Positions 46,078 through 57,990 are shown, counted from the first letter of the stretch. The stretch is 64,000 nt of DNA from Plasmodiophora brassicae (GCA_036867785.1 CP145427.1:496001-560000); one strand, 5' to 3'. Made by a program: numbers and translations. The notes: a model not told the origin generated them from the sequence alone.

Positions 46078-49000
46078 TGTGCCGGCTCCAAGCTATAAGA
46101 CAAGAATAGCTGTGATCCGGCTGGCCGCCCTAAGAATGACGGACATGCACGAAGTCCGCACGGAGTCCGCACGGCGTCCGCACGGCGTCCGTGGGAGCTG
46201 CAGGTCGAGGACACAGACGACTACGCACACGGTTCGATAAACCATCACCGTTAGGACGTCAAAGAGATCTCTTGAACATCCTTTCGGGGAAGGTTTCAAA
46301 GAAGGACGCGATGGTGGCCACCGCGCAGGAGATGCTGTTGGAAGATGACGTCGACGATCTGTCCAACAAGGACGGAGCGTGCAAGGCTCAACGATCGTCC
46401 TGCAGATGAACAAGGCGCCGACCTTGAAGAGCATGGACCGCAAGGCCGTCACGACGTTCATGGCCGCGCTGAAGACGTACCGGAATCACTTCCGGGACGA
46501 TCCGAACGCCAAGGGCCAGATCCCGCGACTAGTGAAGAGTATGATCGACCCCGGTCTGCTCAGGGCGATCTGCACGTGGGAACTCGGCAAGGACGCCGAG
46601 AGGGTGACGGAGAGCGACCTGATGGACTGGATGAAGAGGCATCTGGAACAGGATCGCTCGACGGACGCGAACATCGACCGGGAGATGCGCAAGCTGGCGA
46701 TGAAGCTTACCATCACCACACCGGCGGCAAGGGTCGTGAACCTCGTGCAGCAGTACGAGGAATTGGTCGCGCGCAACGGGTGGCAGGACCTCTTCACGTC
46801 CCGCGAGGGACGGAAGAACCTGGTCAAGTACCTATTGGGTGCTGTGAGCCCATCCGGTTTGCAAGCGCTCATGCGGACCCTCGTCATGAAGCGCCAGACC
46901 GAGCTCCAGAAGGACCCGATGGAGTTCTATCGAGTCCTTAAGGAGCGTGCAGCATCGTATGAGGAGACGATGTTGTACGCGGAGCCGGGACGGGAGGACG
47001 GCAAGGGGAAGGGAAAGGTCAAACCCACCTCGAAGAAGCGAGGGGCGCAGACGGATGACGGAGGCGATGGAGGCCGGGACACGAAACGACACCGGAAGGA
47101 CCTGCGATGCTTCAATTGCGAGGAGGTTGGGCATCCAGCGTTTCGTTGCCCGAAGAAGCCTACAAAGAAACAGGTTGCAGACCTGCTGAAGGATCGCCGC
47201 AAGGTGCCAACGGGAAGGGATGGATCCCGTAGGGCCAGAGGGATTCAGGAATCTGATAAAGAGGACCTATCGGAGTACCCATGGATTCCAGTGGTAGGAA
47301 GGGTGTCAGAGGAGGCGCGGAGGACAGGGGGCCAAGTAGTCGTTCGTATTAACGGACATGAGGAAGACTACGTTGGGGTTCAGGACAGTGGAGCGACATC
47401 GGTTGATGTTCTGATGCCATTGACCATAGCGCGCGAGCTGATGGAAAGGGACCCATTGTTAACAATGGAGAAACTCCAGAAGCCGGAAACGTTCTGTTTG
47501 GTAGACAGAGAAACGAAGCACACAGCCTACCATCTGATGACACTGGATCTGGGACTGAAGACGACGGCAGGCGAACTGATCACTCGCCGGCGCCGATGCC
47601 TCGTATGGGACATTCCTGAAAAGGAAATTATCCTAGGTGAGAGGCTGCTTGACGACTTGGGTATCCACCCAAAGAAGGCCCTGGACGTACTCATTAAGAG
47701 CACGCCGATGAAGGGGAATGACGTCATGGATGAAGTGCACAATATGGCAAATGAGGTGCCACCTCTCTGGGAAGGGGAGGAAGAGGAAACAGAGGATGTG
47801 AGGATCGGGGCAGATTCCACAGACTCCCTGGAAAGGGAGATGGACGGGATGGTCGAGCGCGCATTGAGGAATGGCCTACCGCAGGCGATGGCAAAATCGC
47901 TGCGAAAGCTCGTCAAGAGGTACAGGGACGTTTGGCGTATGAGCGTTGGACCCGATGGTCCAGCCAGGGTTACACCATTTGTCACGGAGCTGAAACCAGA
48001 GGCGGAACCTTACAGGTGCCGAGCCAGAAAGTACAGTATGGAGGACAATGCTTTCATGGAGGAATTCGTTGCCCAATTGAAGAAGTACGGCCTCGTCGTT
48101 GAAAACTACAACGCGAAGTGGGCTTCACCGGTGGTGGTGGTGACGAAGCCAGGGGGCGGAAAGCGGTTCTGTGTTGATCTCAGAGCTGTTAATGCCAAAT
48201 GTGTCGCCGTGGCGTGGCCTATGCCACATCAGGAGGCGATACTGAGGAACCTGGCAGGCTCGAGGTTCTGGTTTAAGCTAGACGCGTTCAAAGGCTTCTG
48301 GATGATGCCGCTGGATGAAGCGTGTCAGGAGATCTTCTCCTTCATGACAGATAAGGGGGTGTATAAGCCAACGAGGTCGATGCAGGGGGGAATGAACTCC
48401 GCCCCTCAGTATCAAGGGAGGATGTTTGAGGTGTTCGGGGAACTGATGTTTCACAAACTAATCATATGGATCGATGATCTAATGGGGCATGCCCAGAGGG
48501 AGGATGATTGGTTCCGAACGTTGGAACGAACTCTGATGCTAGCCGAACGGCATAACATCAAGTTCAACGTGGAGAAGTGTGAGCTCTTCACGACAGAGGT
48601 TAGGTTCTGTGGGAGGATATTCACGCCAGAAGGGGTAAGGCACGATCCAGCGAGGATCGAAGCTTTGATGGCGATCCCACAGCCGAGGACAGCAAGGGAC
48701 TTACAACAATTCCTAATGGCAACTCAGTGGATGAGCAGGTCCATCCCTGAGTACAACAGGAAGGTACACCTGTTGCAGAGGATATATGAGGATGCGATGA
48801 GGGACCAACCTGGCAGGACGAAAGCCATTGCCAGGAGGGTGCGATTGTGCAAATATGGATGGTCACCCGAACATGCGCTGGCATTCGAGAAACTGAAGAC
48901 GGCAGTGGCGGACACGGTCCAACTAGCGTACCCGCGAAAGGACCGGATCCAATGCCTATTCTCGGATGCAAATGAGGTCAACAGCGCGGCGGTAGTCACA

Positions 49001-51304
49001 CAGATTCCGCCTGAGGATTTGGGTAAACCAGTGCATGGGCAGCGACATGAACCGCTGGGTTTCGTCGGACACAAGTTCGCGGGCCCAGAGCGGAACTGGT
49101 CCACGGTGGAGAAGGAAGGGTTCGCGATCAAGGATGGGATTGACAAACTGGACTATCTCGTTACAACCAACGAGCAGTTTCGTCTGTTCACCGATCATAA
49201 GAACCTCGTGAGGATATTCTCACCAACGGACGTGTCAAAGCCAACGGCGCAGAAACTGCAACGATGGGCACTGGACATACAGAGGGTCAACTACGTCATT
49301 GAACACATTGCGGGGGAGGACAATGTGTGGTCGGATCTGATGACGCGGTGGGGTGCACCGGACGGTGGACCTGATGACCAGCACCTAGAGGTACGCACGA
49401 TCAGGAGGATTACGCTTCAAGTTGAGGACGGATATCGGGTACGGCCGTTACAAAGGAAGGAATTCCAATGGCCGACCGTGGACGAAATCCGGAAGGGACA
49501 AGTGATCATACCAGACGAATGCAACGAGCTGAAGCTGCAGCTATGCGCTATTGCTCATGCGGGCGGAAACAATGGGCATCTAGGACTGAAGGCCTCGTTG
49601 AGGAAGTTGGGGGAGTTCTGCCATTGGGCACACTGCGATGAGGACATGAGGAAGTTCTGCAACGCGTGTTTGAACTGTCTACCGACAAGGGGCGGGGTTA
49701 GGATTCCCAGGCCACTGGGAACAGCTGTTCATGGTGTAAGGCCGAATCAGGTGATTCACTTGGATTGGCTGTACATGATGCCGGCTGAGAAGGGTGGAAG
49801 GCATGATCTGCAATGGAACCTGATAATCAGGGACGATCTGTCTGGCATGGTCAAGATTACTCCTGACCATATCCCCAATTCAGAAACCACTGTAGAGGCA
49901 CTGCTCGAATGGAGGGCTATCTTCGGAACGTTTGAGTTGATGGTGTCAGACATGGCGTCTTGCTTTTTGGCAAACGTTGTGAAGGAACTGGCGCGTCGAT
50001 GCGGATTTGCTCATCACCCGACTGTTGCCTATGGGCATTACAGTAATGGATCGATCGAGGTGATCAACAGGAACTACTTGCAACTAGTCAGAGCACTTCT
50101 GTCTGAATTGCAGTGGGACAAACACGACTGGCCATGGTTGAACCACAACATTGAACACACGATCAATCACAGGTCGCAGGCGCGTACCAACGGGAATGCG
50201 CCGGTGACAGTGATGATGGGACGTCAACCAGACAACCCGCTGAAGCAAGTGTTCAAGGGGCCAGGGGATGAGAAGTATGGGGAAGCTACACTCTCAAAGG
50301 AGCATATTCAGGAGCTAGTCATGCAACTGCAGACGTCGCTGAATGAAATGCACAAGGGAGCAGTGAAGCAATCGAGAAAAATCCGAGCCGTACACAGGAA
50401 GAGGAGCGACGCGTACCGACGAGCAACTGCACCGAACTTTCAGATCAGTGACTATGTGCTTATTGGATTGCCTGAACCGGGTAAGGTTCCGGGCAAGAAG
50501 CTCTTTATGAAGTGGCGGGGCCTATATCAAATAACTGATAGCCACGAGAACTACACCTACGAGGTGAGGAATATGTTCAATGAGACGGACACGCGAACCG
50601 TTCACGGGGACCGCGTTCGCCTCTATGAGCATGGCAAACTGAATGCCACTGAGGAATTGAAGCGACAGATGGATTATGACAATGAGCGTTTCGCCATTGA
50701 GGTCTTCAAGGACTGCAGGCATAGTCCAGAGACAGGGGAATTGGAATTGTTGATCGGATGGAAGGGCTTCTCTGAGGCTGAGGATTCATGGGAGCCAATC
50801 TGCAGGTTGGCGAAGGATGTACCAACGATGGTGAAGACCCATGCAGCCAGGATGAGGAAGGAGAAACACTACCTTGCTGATGAGGTTAAGGAGTTACTTA
50901 AGGCGGAAGGAGTCCAGTAGGCTAGTCATGCTTTTTTCCCGGATGCGCGCTGGGTTATTTTAATGCCGATGGCCATGTGACGACAGAAGCCAAAACTGTG
51001 TCCTACGAAGATTGAGACTTAATTATGTTAATTAGACTATATTAAGGAGGAGACATGATTACGATACACCACCACTGAAGACACCTGCAAGGAGGAGCAT
51101 TTCTTTGAAGGAGGGGAATGTGCCGGCTCCAAGCTATAAGACAAGAATAGCTGTGATCCGGCTGGCCGCCCTAAGAATGACGGACATGCACGAAGTCCGC
51201 ACGGAGTCCGCACGGCGTCGGCACGGCGTCCGTGGGAGCTGCAGGTCGAGGACACAGACGACTACGCACACGGTTCGATAAACCATCACCGTTAGGACGT
51301 CAAA
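46078..51304 (+). mobile_element. Chromodomain Ty3/gypsy element 4
   Basis: 186-bp LTRs at 46078-46263 and 51119-51304, one mismatch seen. PPT gaaggaggggaa at about 51107-51118. The flanks do not form a TSD. Confidence 0.93.
46406..50920 (+). CDS. gag-pol polyprotein of element 4 (true start may be the ATG at 46311 with a frameshift)
   Basis: CFNCEEVGHPAFRC, QDSGA, IWIDDLM, LFSDAN, HLDWL integrase, LIGWKGFSEAEDSWEP chromodomain. Confidence 0.88.
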   Translation: MNKAPTLKSMDRKAVTTFMAALKTYRNHFRDDPNAKGQIPRLVKSMIDPGLLRAICTWELGKDAERVTESDLMDWMKRHLEQDRSTDANIDREMRKLAMKLTITTPAARVVNLVQQYEELVARNGWQDLFTSREGRKNLVKYLLGAVSPSGLQALMRTLVMKRQTELQKDPMEFYRVLKERAASYEETMLYAEPGREDGKGKGKVKPTSKKRGAQTDDGGDGGRDTKRHRKDLRCFNCEEVGHPAFRCPKKPTKKQVADLLKDRRKVPTGRDGSRRARGIQESDKEDLSEYPWIPVVGRVSEEARRTGGQVVVRINGHEEDYVGVQDSGATSVDVLMPLTIARELMERDPLLTMEKLQKPETFCLVDRETKHTAYHLMTLDLGLKTTAGELITRRRRCLVWDIPEKEIILGERLLDDLGIHPKKALDVLIKSTPMKGNDVMDEVHNMANEVPPLWEGEEEETEDVRIGADSTDSLEREMDGMVERALRNGLPQAMAKSLRKLVKRYRDVWRMSVGPDGPARVTPFVTELKPEAEPYRCRARKYSMEDNAFMEEFVAQLKKYGLVVENYNAKWASPVVVVTKPGGGKRFCVDLRAVNAKCVAVAWPMPHQEAILRNLAGSRFWFKLDAFKGFWMMPLDEACQEIFSFMTDKGVYKPTRSMQGGMNSAPQYQGRMFEVFGELMFHKLIIWIDDLMGHAQREDDWFRTLERTLMLAERHNIKFNVEKCELFTTEVRFCGRIFTPEGVRHDPARIEALMAIPQPRTARDLQQFLMATQWMSRSIPEYNRKVHLLQRIYEDAMRDQPGRTKAIARRVRLCKYGWSPEHALAFEKLKTAVADTVQLAYPRKDRIQCLFSDANEVNSAAVVTQIPPEDLGKPVHGQRHEPLGFVGHKFAGPERNWSTVEKEGFAIKDGIDKLDYLVTTNEQFRLFTDHKNLVRIFSPTDVSKPTAQKLQRWALDIQRVNYVIEHIAGEDNVWSDLMTRWGAPDGGPDDQHLEVRTIRRITLQVEDGYRVRPLQRKEFQWPTVDEIRKGQVIIPDECNELKLQLCAIAHAGGNNGHLGLKASLRKLGEFCHWAHCDEDMRKFCNACLNCLPTRGGVRIPRPLGTAVHGVRPNQVIHLDWLYMMPAEKGGRHDLQWNLIIRDDLSGMVKITPDHIPNSETTVEALLEWRAIFGTFELMVSDMASCFLANVVKELARRCGFAHHPTVAYGHYSNGSIEVINRNYLQLVRALLSELQWDKHDWPWLNHNIEHTINHRSQARTNGNAPVTVMMGRQPDNPLKQVFKGPGDEKYGEATLSKEHIQELVMQLQTSLNEMHKGAVKQSRKIRAVHRKRSDAYRRATAPNFQISDYVLIGLPEPGKVPGKKLFMKWRGLYQITDSHENYTYEVRNMFNETDTRTVHGDRVRLYEHGKLNATEELKRQMDYDNERFAIEVFKDCRHSPETGELELLIGWKGFSEAEDSWEPICRLAKDVPTMVKTHAARMRKEKHYLADEVKELLKAEGVQ

Positions 51305-52222
51305 GACGTGCCACACCTTGTCACGAAGCAAGCCAGGTTCAATCACCAGTTGAGCGTCTTCAACTTTGGCGTCTATTCCGCTCATACCGACCGTCACTTT
51401 TTCCACCTGTGGTCCGAGTGGGATGGCGCCTGCGTGTCAGACGAGACGATCACCTGCCTGCTCGCCGTTATTGCTAACCAGAGCGACTCACTCGGCCGGG
51501 GCATTCTCAACCTGATCTGCGACTCATGTGGCGGGCAGAACAAGAATCAGTTCTTGCTCGCATTCGCCGCCGAGCTGTCACGCCCTGGCAGCGCTTTCTA
51601 CCGGTTCGCTGAAGTCAACATCAAATTCCCGGAGGTCGGCCATACGTTCTTGCCGAATGACCGCATATTCGGCGTCATAAGTCAGCACGTGAAGAAGCAC
51701 AACTTCAACGAACCGCGCGAGCTGTTGCCACTGATCCAGCAGTCGTTCGATCCTCGCCATCCGCAACATGCAGTGTGGATGGACCGCCTCGATTTCAAGA
51801 ACTACGGCGCCTACATGGCGAGCACGTATAAGATTCTTGGCGCTGCTGCCCTCGGTGGCGATCCGCATGATGGCGGCGCAGAGAAACTTCTTCTACGCGA
51901 CGAAGCGAAATGGATGAACTTCGGCCGGCACCGCCAGTGGTCGCACCCGGGCGAAATGTGGGTGCGATCATGCCTGCAAGCTGGCGCGACGTGGAAGAAA
52001 TACAGGATATGTCATCGTGCACCCGCCGACATGCCGGACTTAATCGTCAAGTATCCTCAGCAGTTGACTTTGGATGCTGCCAAGATGCAGTCTTTATGGG
52101 AGTTGTCGGCGTCCATTCCCGTCCAGTACAGGCCCCTGTATCCGGCGCCTGATCAGGGCGACTTGGCTGTCGTTCGCGATGCCGTCGCCAGCAAGAAGGC
52201 GGCCAAACGCCGGCCCAAGTAG
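51305..52222 (+). pseudogene. 3' part of a Sola-type DDD transposase, truncated at the element 4 LTR
   Basis: QLSVFNFGV...LWSE...ICDSCGGQNKN...GHTFLPNDRIFG motif pattern. Confidence 0.7.
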
Positions 52223-52599
52223 TAGTAAAACTTCAAACGCGATTTCTGAGCGATCCAGGAAATCCAGCCTAGTTCTATTTTCGGAGTCGTTTACTTTTTC
52301 CACGGGCACCGAGACATACGAAAAGCGCGCCGGACTTGCGGTGGCCTCCTGGGTGCAGCTGCTTGCCAACCGATGTCGAGAGGCGCGCCCCCAGCGGCAG
52401 AGAAGCGGATCAATGTCACCGCTGGGTGGACCTTCGACAAAATCAGGTCCTGGGAAATTGTCGACGAAGATGAATTCGTCACTGACGTCGTCGGCGACCG
52501 CTATATATGTTCGCTGGGTGAAAGGTGTGCTTGCTCGGCTCGACCAAACGCTGAAGGCAGACCGAGTGTCTTACTCACGGGGACAGCTCGTGGTCACCC

Positions 52600-55500
52600 T
52601 GATGATGCGGGCTCTGCCATTACTCGTTCGATATGCCAACAGCAGCATGCCTGAGAATATCGCCCACACGACTGTTGAGGAGTTCGTGAGATTCATCGGT
52701 ACCACTCTCTGCCTATCAGGAGTGAAGTTGTCGCCAGACAAGGCCTTTAGGGTTCTTGTGCACGACCTGAAGCTCCAGGTTATGGACCGCACTCGTTACC
52801 TCGAGATTCTGTGCTCCATCCGTGGGTACCCGCAAGTCGGTCGAACCGGCTCGTGGGATGCAGGCTGGAACACGACAGAGGTCACACATCAGTTCCAACC
52901 CATGCTCGACGAGCTGTTTGAAGAGTCACGCCACATATTTGTGGACCTGCATAACAGCTGGTTGGTGATTGACGACGAGCTCGTTGGGCGCAGGGCTAAA
53001 ACTGTTCCTGTAAAAACTGTGACCGGGCGCAAAGCAGGCAAGGAAGGTCAGATCGTCGACGTTGTCGCTGATACTTTCTCGAGGGTGGTGCTTGCGTCGC
53101 AACTGCGAGGGCGTAAAGCTCGTGTAGCAGATACATGCAAGTCTCTGTTGGCCAAGGTGAGTCGCAGCATCCGCCTTTCAATTTTCTTGCGCACTTACTC
53201 ACCCGCTTGACAGGTCAAGCAGACAGTGTATGGCTCAGTTCCTGGGTGTGGACTTACTCAGGATCGTGGGTACACGTCACCCGACGTCGCGCCATCGTGC
53301 GTACGCGATGGGTTTAACGTGGCATTCATAATGTCAGAACACTTGCTGAACTACCGCCCGTTCTGCTCAGAGTCCTTGTTCCGTCGTAACAACAAGGTTG
53401 TCGAATTCTTCGAGAGCTTAGACGGCGGTGGCGAATATCGGGATCCTTTCTCTGCCGGGGTTCTCGATCTGGATCGGACGGATTCTGACGTGGTGTTTGA
53501 CGATGATGACAACCTGGAGAATGGATCTGATTCTGATGACCCAGCAGATGTGGGAATCATTGATGAGATGGTTCAACAATCGCGTCAGGAGGAGCGTCCG
53601 AATCATGCCGCCTTCGTAATTCCCGATGCACCGCTACTCGGACCGGATGTTTGGTCGGCACATCTGGATGTCGAAGCAGATGGCAAGAGCAAGGCACGAA
53701 CCTTGCATTCCGTTATAATCAGAAGCCATGGCGATGATTCGACGTGCAAAACGCTCCGCTTTTATGTGTCGTGGCCCAACATGCTGGGCCACCTTCACAA
53801 GTGGATGGCTGTTCCTGTACCCACATCTCGCATAGCTCCAGGCACTCTGTATTACCCCGGAGTTGAGCCATGTCCTGCCCGGCAGCACATCGAAAAGGTT
53901 GTTGCAGGTCGTTTTCGACCGTGGACTGCTTCTCAGCGAACCCAGGACTGGTTCGTCTCGCGGGGAATGTCATGCACTGGGACTATGTCTCACGAGGTAG
54001 CTGTTCGCAATCCTGTCTGTCGAATCTTGCTCTTGAGAGACCGACGCTCTAATTGTCCGCCACGACTTTCGAAGGAGGAGTGGATCAGGGATTTCTGCAA
54101 GTCATGGTATACCTGGAAAAAGGCGACCGTCGCCATGAAACGTGGGACGAAGAATGAACCGTCCGTTTTGAATGCCCTATCACACCTGGAGTTCGTGCTA
54201 TGCGTATGCGAGGTTGGTATGATTCGTCACCATCAACACAGCTGGCTCGCTGCGTCTCCCGATGGTGTCGCCCTGCTTCGCTTGGATGCCACACTTGATC
54301 CGTTCCCTGCCGTTGTTGAGATCAAGACGGCTGTAGCCGCGTCCGTTGTTACTGAGGCCCTTTCGATTCGTGAGGCATTTGGCGAAGTCGTTCATGTTAT
54401 CGTCGGGGATGACAAATGGTTCGACGTCGTACCGACTGAATACCGTGCTCAGATTATCCAACAAATGATTGTTGCGAACCTCCTCTCGTTCGTTTTCGTA
54501 CGTGCTTGTGACGGCAAATCTGTGTATGTCGTGGTTGGGCACATGAACGCCAACGATGCTCATGCCTACCTTGCTGAACTTGTCAATGAGTTGAAGCCCC
54601 TGCTCCAGTGGGCCTACGGTACTTCCTCTAGGCCGTCTTCTGCTCGAGTGCCATCCTGGGTCCCTAGCGACATATCTGCGATCCTGTCCTCGCACTACCG
54701 TTTCTGGAGGATGGTATACGACCGCATTAGCGCTAACGGGCCCATGAAAAGCCCGTGTTGCTATTCAAGACGCGGCGCAGACGTTGTACAGCAAGACGAA
54801 GGGTGGTGTGGATGGTGCAACGGATGCTGTCGCCGACATCCAGTTCCCATCCAACAACTTGTGTTTCGAGAGGAAGCTGGTGCTGCGAAGTCTTTATCAG
54901 GTCGTAAGCAATGCATGCGTACTGTCACGGTTGTACCGGGCAGGCGGGGCGCTAGTGGCCGATGACCATCGCCACGACGGAGGTTCCTCTGGCCTTCCGT
55001 CACACCAACTGACACGGCGACGCTCTTTCGCCCAGTGTCGAGCCTCGGTCAGCCGCATCGAATGTTTGTTTGCGAGGTTTCGTCTTCGAGGCGGGCAAGG
55101 AGCTTCTGCAGATCGACGTCGTCAACGCACGGGCTGGCGACATTCAACCTGCTGTCGACACAAATGCTCTTCAGAGCGTCGGATCCCGATTGCTGACAGA
55201 CGCCCAGGTGAAGGACCTTCAGGGCCGCATCCGCTGGAAGGGCAAGGAACGTCGTCAGTTCTTCAACGGCGAAGGAAAGTTACTGCGCCTGTCAATCGGT
55301 AATCACCGTCTTGTCAGGGTTACCGAGTGTCCAACACGGTCGGGTGCGATGAAAACCGTAGCCGGTGGACGTCAATGCACGTTGTGTACCAGACGCGTGC
55401 GGACGATGTGCCCGACTTGTTGGCAGCATCTCTGCGATGCTCACGACAGAATTTTCCATGAATGCGATGTGTTGCCTGACGATCGTATTCTGTGTCGGCG

Positions 55501-55735
55501 TAGTTACACTATAACGGATGACGAGAAGGGCAAGAGAAGCGTGCGTGCTATCGAACTACACGCAGCCAAAAAACAGAAGAAAGAAGCAACGCGTTTTGAG
55601 GATGTGACGACATCACGGCCGCGTTCGTGTGGTCGATTCAGCCATTTGCAGTCATTGGCACAAATAACCCCAACGAGTACCATATCGCGGGCCCGTTCAA
55701 GCTCCGGTCGATACTCCAGTAACATTGATCGATAG
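52600..55735 (+). pseudogene. piggyBac-like transposase with embedded YqaJ/lambda-exonuclease-like domain and C-terminal Cys-rich finger (frameshifted)
   Basis: EFVRFIG, MDRTRYLEIL, VIDDEL, QDRGYTS, then GTKNEP...LAASPDG...VEIKT...QIIQQM, then YSKTKGGVD...NACVL, then CTLC...CPTC...LC...H. Intron 53157-53213. Frameshifts near 54760 and 55070. The 5' end is uncertain. Confidence 0.7.
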
Positions 55736-55839
55736 CCTTGTTCACATTCTCTGGATTCTGACTGATTGTGCGTCGTTTCATTAGAAACCTCTGTGGAGCA
55801 TGGTGTCTCCGACGTCGATGAGGTGTGTGCCGCCTATTG

Positions 55840-55995
55840 CGACAGTGACAAGCCAGGCGAAGGTGACACACTTACGACGTCCGCTGCCGATGTTCCCAGC
55901 ACCGATCGGCGTGTCGTCTATTTGGACAGTGACAAGCCAGGCGAAGGTGGCACACAAACGACGTCGGCTATCGATGTTCCCAGCACCGATCGCCG
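55840..55995. repeat. Tandem duplication, period about 85 bp
   Basis: gacagtgacaagccaggcgaaggtg...gatgttcccagcaccgatcg occurs twice. Confidence 0.85.
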
Positions 55996-56874
55996 CACAC
56001 ACCAAGGCTCGGGAACACGAAGGACGCGCTTCGCCACATCGTTCGATCATTCCCATATAGGTGCGCTCTTTCGTAAACATCGTAAAGCATGGCGTTTCCG
56101 ACAACTTTCGGTTACTAAGTTGCTCACCGTGATTGTCAGGATCTAAGGGAGTGCTGACTTGGGAGGAAGTCAACCCGAAGCTGCATCAGCTGGGTGTTGA
56201 GAGTCATACTGATCCAGCAATTAGTTGGAATCCCGCCAACCACCAACAAGCAGTGACGTTGTTAAAGGATTTCCTGCAGCATCATGGAAATCATGGCATT
56301 GCCACCATGCACCTGGAGAGGCTTGACAGGCCGTTGAAAACAATAATTGATGAATACAATTCACGTAACTGATTGGTTTATAGTGACGTTGTTGCGCAGT
56401 GGGCAAACGTATTTAAGATTGACTGGCCAATTGTCCAGTATCATACGGAAATCAGGTGTTCGTGGTCTGCGACCATGACTGTTCCAGCTGGCGGCTTATC
56501 CGCTGTCCGAGATCCGAAGAATTGACATTGCTCACTAACCAACCATGACGGGTCAGCCTAAAGAAGGAATTATGTCAGCCGCTTGAAATTACATGTCATC
56601 AAATCTTATTACCACAATTCAACCGCTGGAACGCTCAGACGAAATAGGTGCAATTAATTGCACATATCCATGTTAGGGGCTATTTTAGGACGATTTCTAC
56701 GGTGACTTCGGAGCAGCACAACAGATAAACCAACCAGCAGAACTTAACGCATTCAAGACAGAATACTGATTTGGCTATACCAAAGAGTCTCACCTTACGG
56801 ATTTTCAAGTTGACCGCTAGATTTTATGTACGAGGCCGTCAAAGTGGTAGGTGCAATATATTGCACCTACGGAT

Positions 56875-57275
56875 CTGCGCTAGGGATATTCGGCCTGGTC
56901 GAACAAGATGGTGCCTGTGTCAGGTTCGCGTCTGATGCGCATGCTGAGCAGGGTTGATGGTTCTCCCTGATCCGTGATTTCAGCCATGCTGGCGAGCTTC
57001 TCGAGGACGGAATAATCCGCGAACGCGACGTCGTTGTATGCCAGGAGGCCATCGTCGGTATGCACAAACATGACATAACCTTGCCGTCACGGTCGTAACG
57101 GAAGACGCACGAGCCCGTTATGATCGATTTGAACCCGAGTGACAGCAGCGTTTCACGGATCAGGGAGTACCATCAACCCTGCTCGGTATGCGCATCAGAC
57201 ACGAACGTGTCACAGGCGCCATCTTGTTCGACCAGGCCGAATATGTGGACAAGATCCTTGACGACTTCAACATGG
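56875..57275. pseudogene. Ty1/copia RT remnants in opposite orientations
   Basis: Minus strand reads WYSLIRETLLSLGF...FVHTDDGLL...STLLSMRIRREPDTGTILFDQAEY. Plus strand from about 57174 reads STLLGMRIRHERVTGAILFDQAEYVDKILDDFNM. Confidence 0.75.
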
Positions 57276-57439
57276 CACTTTATTGTTTCGTAAGAGCAAG
57301 ACCTGCTTTCTACTGATACCGCATGCTGACCGCAGCAGCTTAGGCGCGACGAACGTTACAAGTCTTGGCGGTCGAAAAAGAAGGCGGGCCGATACAAACG
57401 TCGTCCTTACAAGGACGACATTGAGGCGCTGTTGACTGC

Positions 57440-57600
57440 CTGCGAATTCCACAAGGCAGTCTGCCTCATTCAGAGGCCGGGCGACGTCCTTTATATGCCG
57501 TCTTGCATGGTACACGCGGTCTTCACCGCTCATCTCCCCGGAACTTTAACCGCCAAGCAGTTCTGCCTGGCGGGCGGCTGCCTCTTCTGCACCGAGGAAG
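57440..57600 (+). pseudogene. JmjC/cupin-like C-terminal fragment
   Basis: CLIQRPGDVLYMPSCMVHAVFT fits the JmjC QxPGDxxxxPxxxxHxV strand motif. Confidence 0.55.
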
Positions 57601-57990
57601 ACCCACCGTACATGGTACGTGCGCATCGCTCATGTACCACATAGGCACGCCTGAAACGGGGCATGCTCAGAAGAAGGCCTCGCAATACCTGCCGCTGGGT
57701 GCTCGGATATCCTACTACCACGGAAGGGCCCATTCAACAATGCGTGGCAATTTCAGCTGACGGTTACGGTAGGATATCCGAGCACCCAGCGGCAGGTATT
57801 GCGAGGCCTTCTTCTGAGCATGCCCCGTTTCAGGCGTGCCTATGTGGTACATGAGCGATGCGCACGTACCATGTACGGTGGGTCTTCCTCGGTGCAGAAG
57901 AGGCAGCCGCCCGCCAGGCAGAACTGCTTGGCGGTTAAAGTTCCGGGGAGATGAGCGGTGAAGACCGCGTGTACCATGCAAGACGGCATA

